A model generated the notes under the pieces. That model was given only the letters and a program-made list of their open reading frames with translations. It was not told where the DNA came from and made no database searches. The translations under genes were made by a program, and so were the position numbers. Below, in pieces: positions 37,753 through 39,726 of a DNA stretch of 39,726 nt; within the stretch, counting starts at the first letter, position 1, and each line of letters begins with the position of its first letter. Location: positions 1-39,726 of the forward strand of contig JBDHAC010000043.1 of assembly GCA_039588275.1 (NCBI GenBank), in the 5' to 3' direction. The stretch is from Gemmatimonadota bacterium (GTDB taxonomy: Bacteria; Gemmatimonadota; Gemmatimonadetes; Palauibacterales; Palauibacteraceae).

Positions 37753-37838
37753 CGTCGTCGAGGCTGCCGAGGGTGCCAGGTGGTGTCTCGCCGATCCGGC
37801 GAAAGGGCCCTGGCGCCGGGGGCGAAGCTGGGTGCTCT

Positions 37839-39726
37839 CTACGGTGCTTTCGTCGTCCCGATCGGCCAACTCACCCCGCCGTACACCTCGAACCCGGGGG
37901 CCGGCTCATAGTAGCGGGCCCCAAAGGCGTTCGGGACGACGGACCCGTTGTACCGCTCATCGAACAGGTTGTCGATACCCAGGAACATGCGCAGCGGCCA
38001 TCCATGCTCCGTGCGATCGAGCGATAGGCGGAGATCGACGACTCGATACGAGTCGTTGAAGGCCGTGTTCGCGTCGTCGACGGCATAGGTGTCCACCCAC
38101 CTGAAGTTGACCTCGGTCCGCAGCCCGGTGTCCGGCGCATGCGTGAGGCCGAGCGTCAGCCAGTGGTTCGGGACGCCTGGCTCATCGTTGCCAGCGAAAT
38201 CGTCACCTTCCACCTCGAACTCTTCGAAGCGCAGACGCTGGATCGTGTGCGCGAGCTCCACGCGCCATGCCGGGTCGGGCTCCCACCCGAGTGTGAGCTC
38301 GATACCGGATCGCTCGACCTCGCCCGCGTTTCGGAAGAACACCTCTTCGGTGGGACCCTCGAACGGGATCAACGCGTCCTTGACGTTGGCCAGGAAGGCC
38401 GACACCCCGTACCCGAGCCGCGCATCTCGGAACGAACCCCGCACCCCGAGCTCGCCACCGACGATCCTCTCCGGCTCGAGATCGGGGTTGAAGCCGCCCG
38501 AGCCGTCCGGCTGGTTCGAGAGCTCGCTCGTGGTAGGTGTCTGGAAGGCGGTCGAGAAGTTCGCGTACGCCCGAGCCGTCCGGCTGGTTCGAGAGCTCGC
38601 TCGTGGTAGGTGTCTGGAAGGCGGTCGAGAAGTTCGCGTACGCGTGCAGCCAGTCGCTCGCTTCGAAGGCGAGGCCGGCGGTTGGGCTGAACTCGGTGAA
38701 CGTGCGGTCTCCCGAGTCATCACCGTCCGCCAGCAGGTGGTCGTCCGCGTCGAAGCGATAGACATCGAGGCGGCCGCCCAGGGTGAGGGTCCAGCGGTCG
38801 CCCAACTCGACGCCGAGGCGGAGGAAGGGCCCCAGCCCCAGCACGCTCTCGCGCTGATCGAGGAGCCGGTCGCCCTCCCCCGCTCGACTCCCGGGTACGG
38901 CCTCGTCGACGCCGAGGTTCACCGACTCGTCGCGCTCGTCACGCTGGAGCTCGAGATCCACCCCGGCCACCCAACTGACGTCCGACCCCAGGGCGCCGCC
39001 GACCTCCGACCGGAAACCGCCCCCCCGCCGGTCGATCTGGATGATGCGCCCGGGGATCGGGTTCCACAGATCACGCCACAGTCCCCACGCCGTGGCTCTG
39101 AAACGCGCGCGATCACCGAGCGGAAGATCGAGGGCCACGCCGCCCTGTCCCTGCGTCGCCTCCTCGCCCGAGCCCTGCGAGATGATGAACGAGCGAGCCA
39201 TCTGCGGGTTGTCACGCGCGTCCTCGAGAGCCAGGGAGCTGGGATTCTGAGCGAACGGCGTGCTGTACAGGTTGAGGAGACCTCGAACCTCGCCGGTCTC
39301 GCCCACGCGCCCCGCGACGCGCACGTTCGCGCGGAAGATCTCGGCCTCCGAGTAATCCCGGAAACCGTCGGTCCGCAGGTAGCTCAGGCTGCCCAGGTAC
39401 GAGACGTCACCCGTCGAGCCGGAGGCCTTGAGCCGAGTCTGGATGAAGCCGTGGCTCCCGCCCACCAGGGTCGGCTCGAGAAGCAGGCTCCGATCGGCCG
39501 GCAGCTCCGTACGGTAGCTGAGGACACCGCCGCCGGCATTCCCGTACAGAGCCGAGGCAGGCCCCCGAATGACCTCCACCCACCCGGCCGAAGCGAGGTC
39601 TAGGTTGGTCAGCGTGCTCTGGCCGTCCGCGAGCGTGAGCGGGATCCCATCCGCCAGGACACGGACGCCCCGCACACCGAATTGGGCGCGTGCCCCCTGG
39701 CCCCGCATCGTGACGCGGTCACCCAG
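37839..39726 (-). pseudogene. TonB-dependent receptor, YncD/PqqU-like, frameshifted by a tandem duplication; 5' end lies outside the window
   Basis: Plug motifs GARAQFGVRG..DGIPLT.ADGQ and VEVIRGPASALYGNAGGGV; FQTPTTSEL; C-terminal NLFDERYNGSVVPN...RYYEPAPG. Split between ORFs 38203-39708 and 37839-38765. Confidence 0.85.
38495..38643. repeat. Exact 73-bp tandem duplication
   Basis: 38495-38567 equals 38568-38640, with CGC microhomology continuing at 38641-38643. Confidence 0.95.

Noticed and set aside
38203..38567. Arg-rich C-terminal tail of ORF 38203-39708 as a novel domain
   Set aside because: It is out-of-frame read-through created by the 73-bp duplication.
1..39726. Mobile element, prophage, retroelement or defence island
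   Set aside because: No integrase, transposase, reverse transcriptase, nuclease or phage structural motifs seen; composition looks uniform apart from short AT-rich promoter patches.

Overview
GC-rich, gene-dense bacterial chromosomal segment with about 30 genes and no rRNA, tRNA, CRISPR array, transposase or phage gene that I can recognise. Gene families (PadR plus duplicated orphan permeases, BlaI-M56-HEAT, TolB-N/TPR, M14 and S9 peptidases, DUF5916-like barrel) suggest Gemmatimonadota or an Acidobacteriota-like lineage; this is an inference. Most products are envelope or secreted proteins. Highlights: (1) a convergent cluster of an outer-membrane beta-barrel fused to a type-1 copper domain, a cupredoxin lipoprotein, a His-rich DUF2231-like membrane protein and a type II NADH dehydrogenase, a candidate copper-based trans-envelope redox module; (2) two orphan Tad pilus genes (tadG-like and flp) about 16 kb apart, each behind a sigma54-type promoter; (3) a cytochrome c-coupled PQQ-type dehydrogenase with substituted active-site residues, near a YncD/PqqU-like TonB receptor broken by a 73-bp tandem duplication; (4) candidate PadR and BlaI operators; (5) three frameshifted genes that may be real lesions or sequence errors. 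All family assignments are by eye from motifs; no database search was run.
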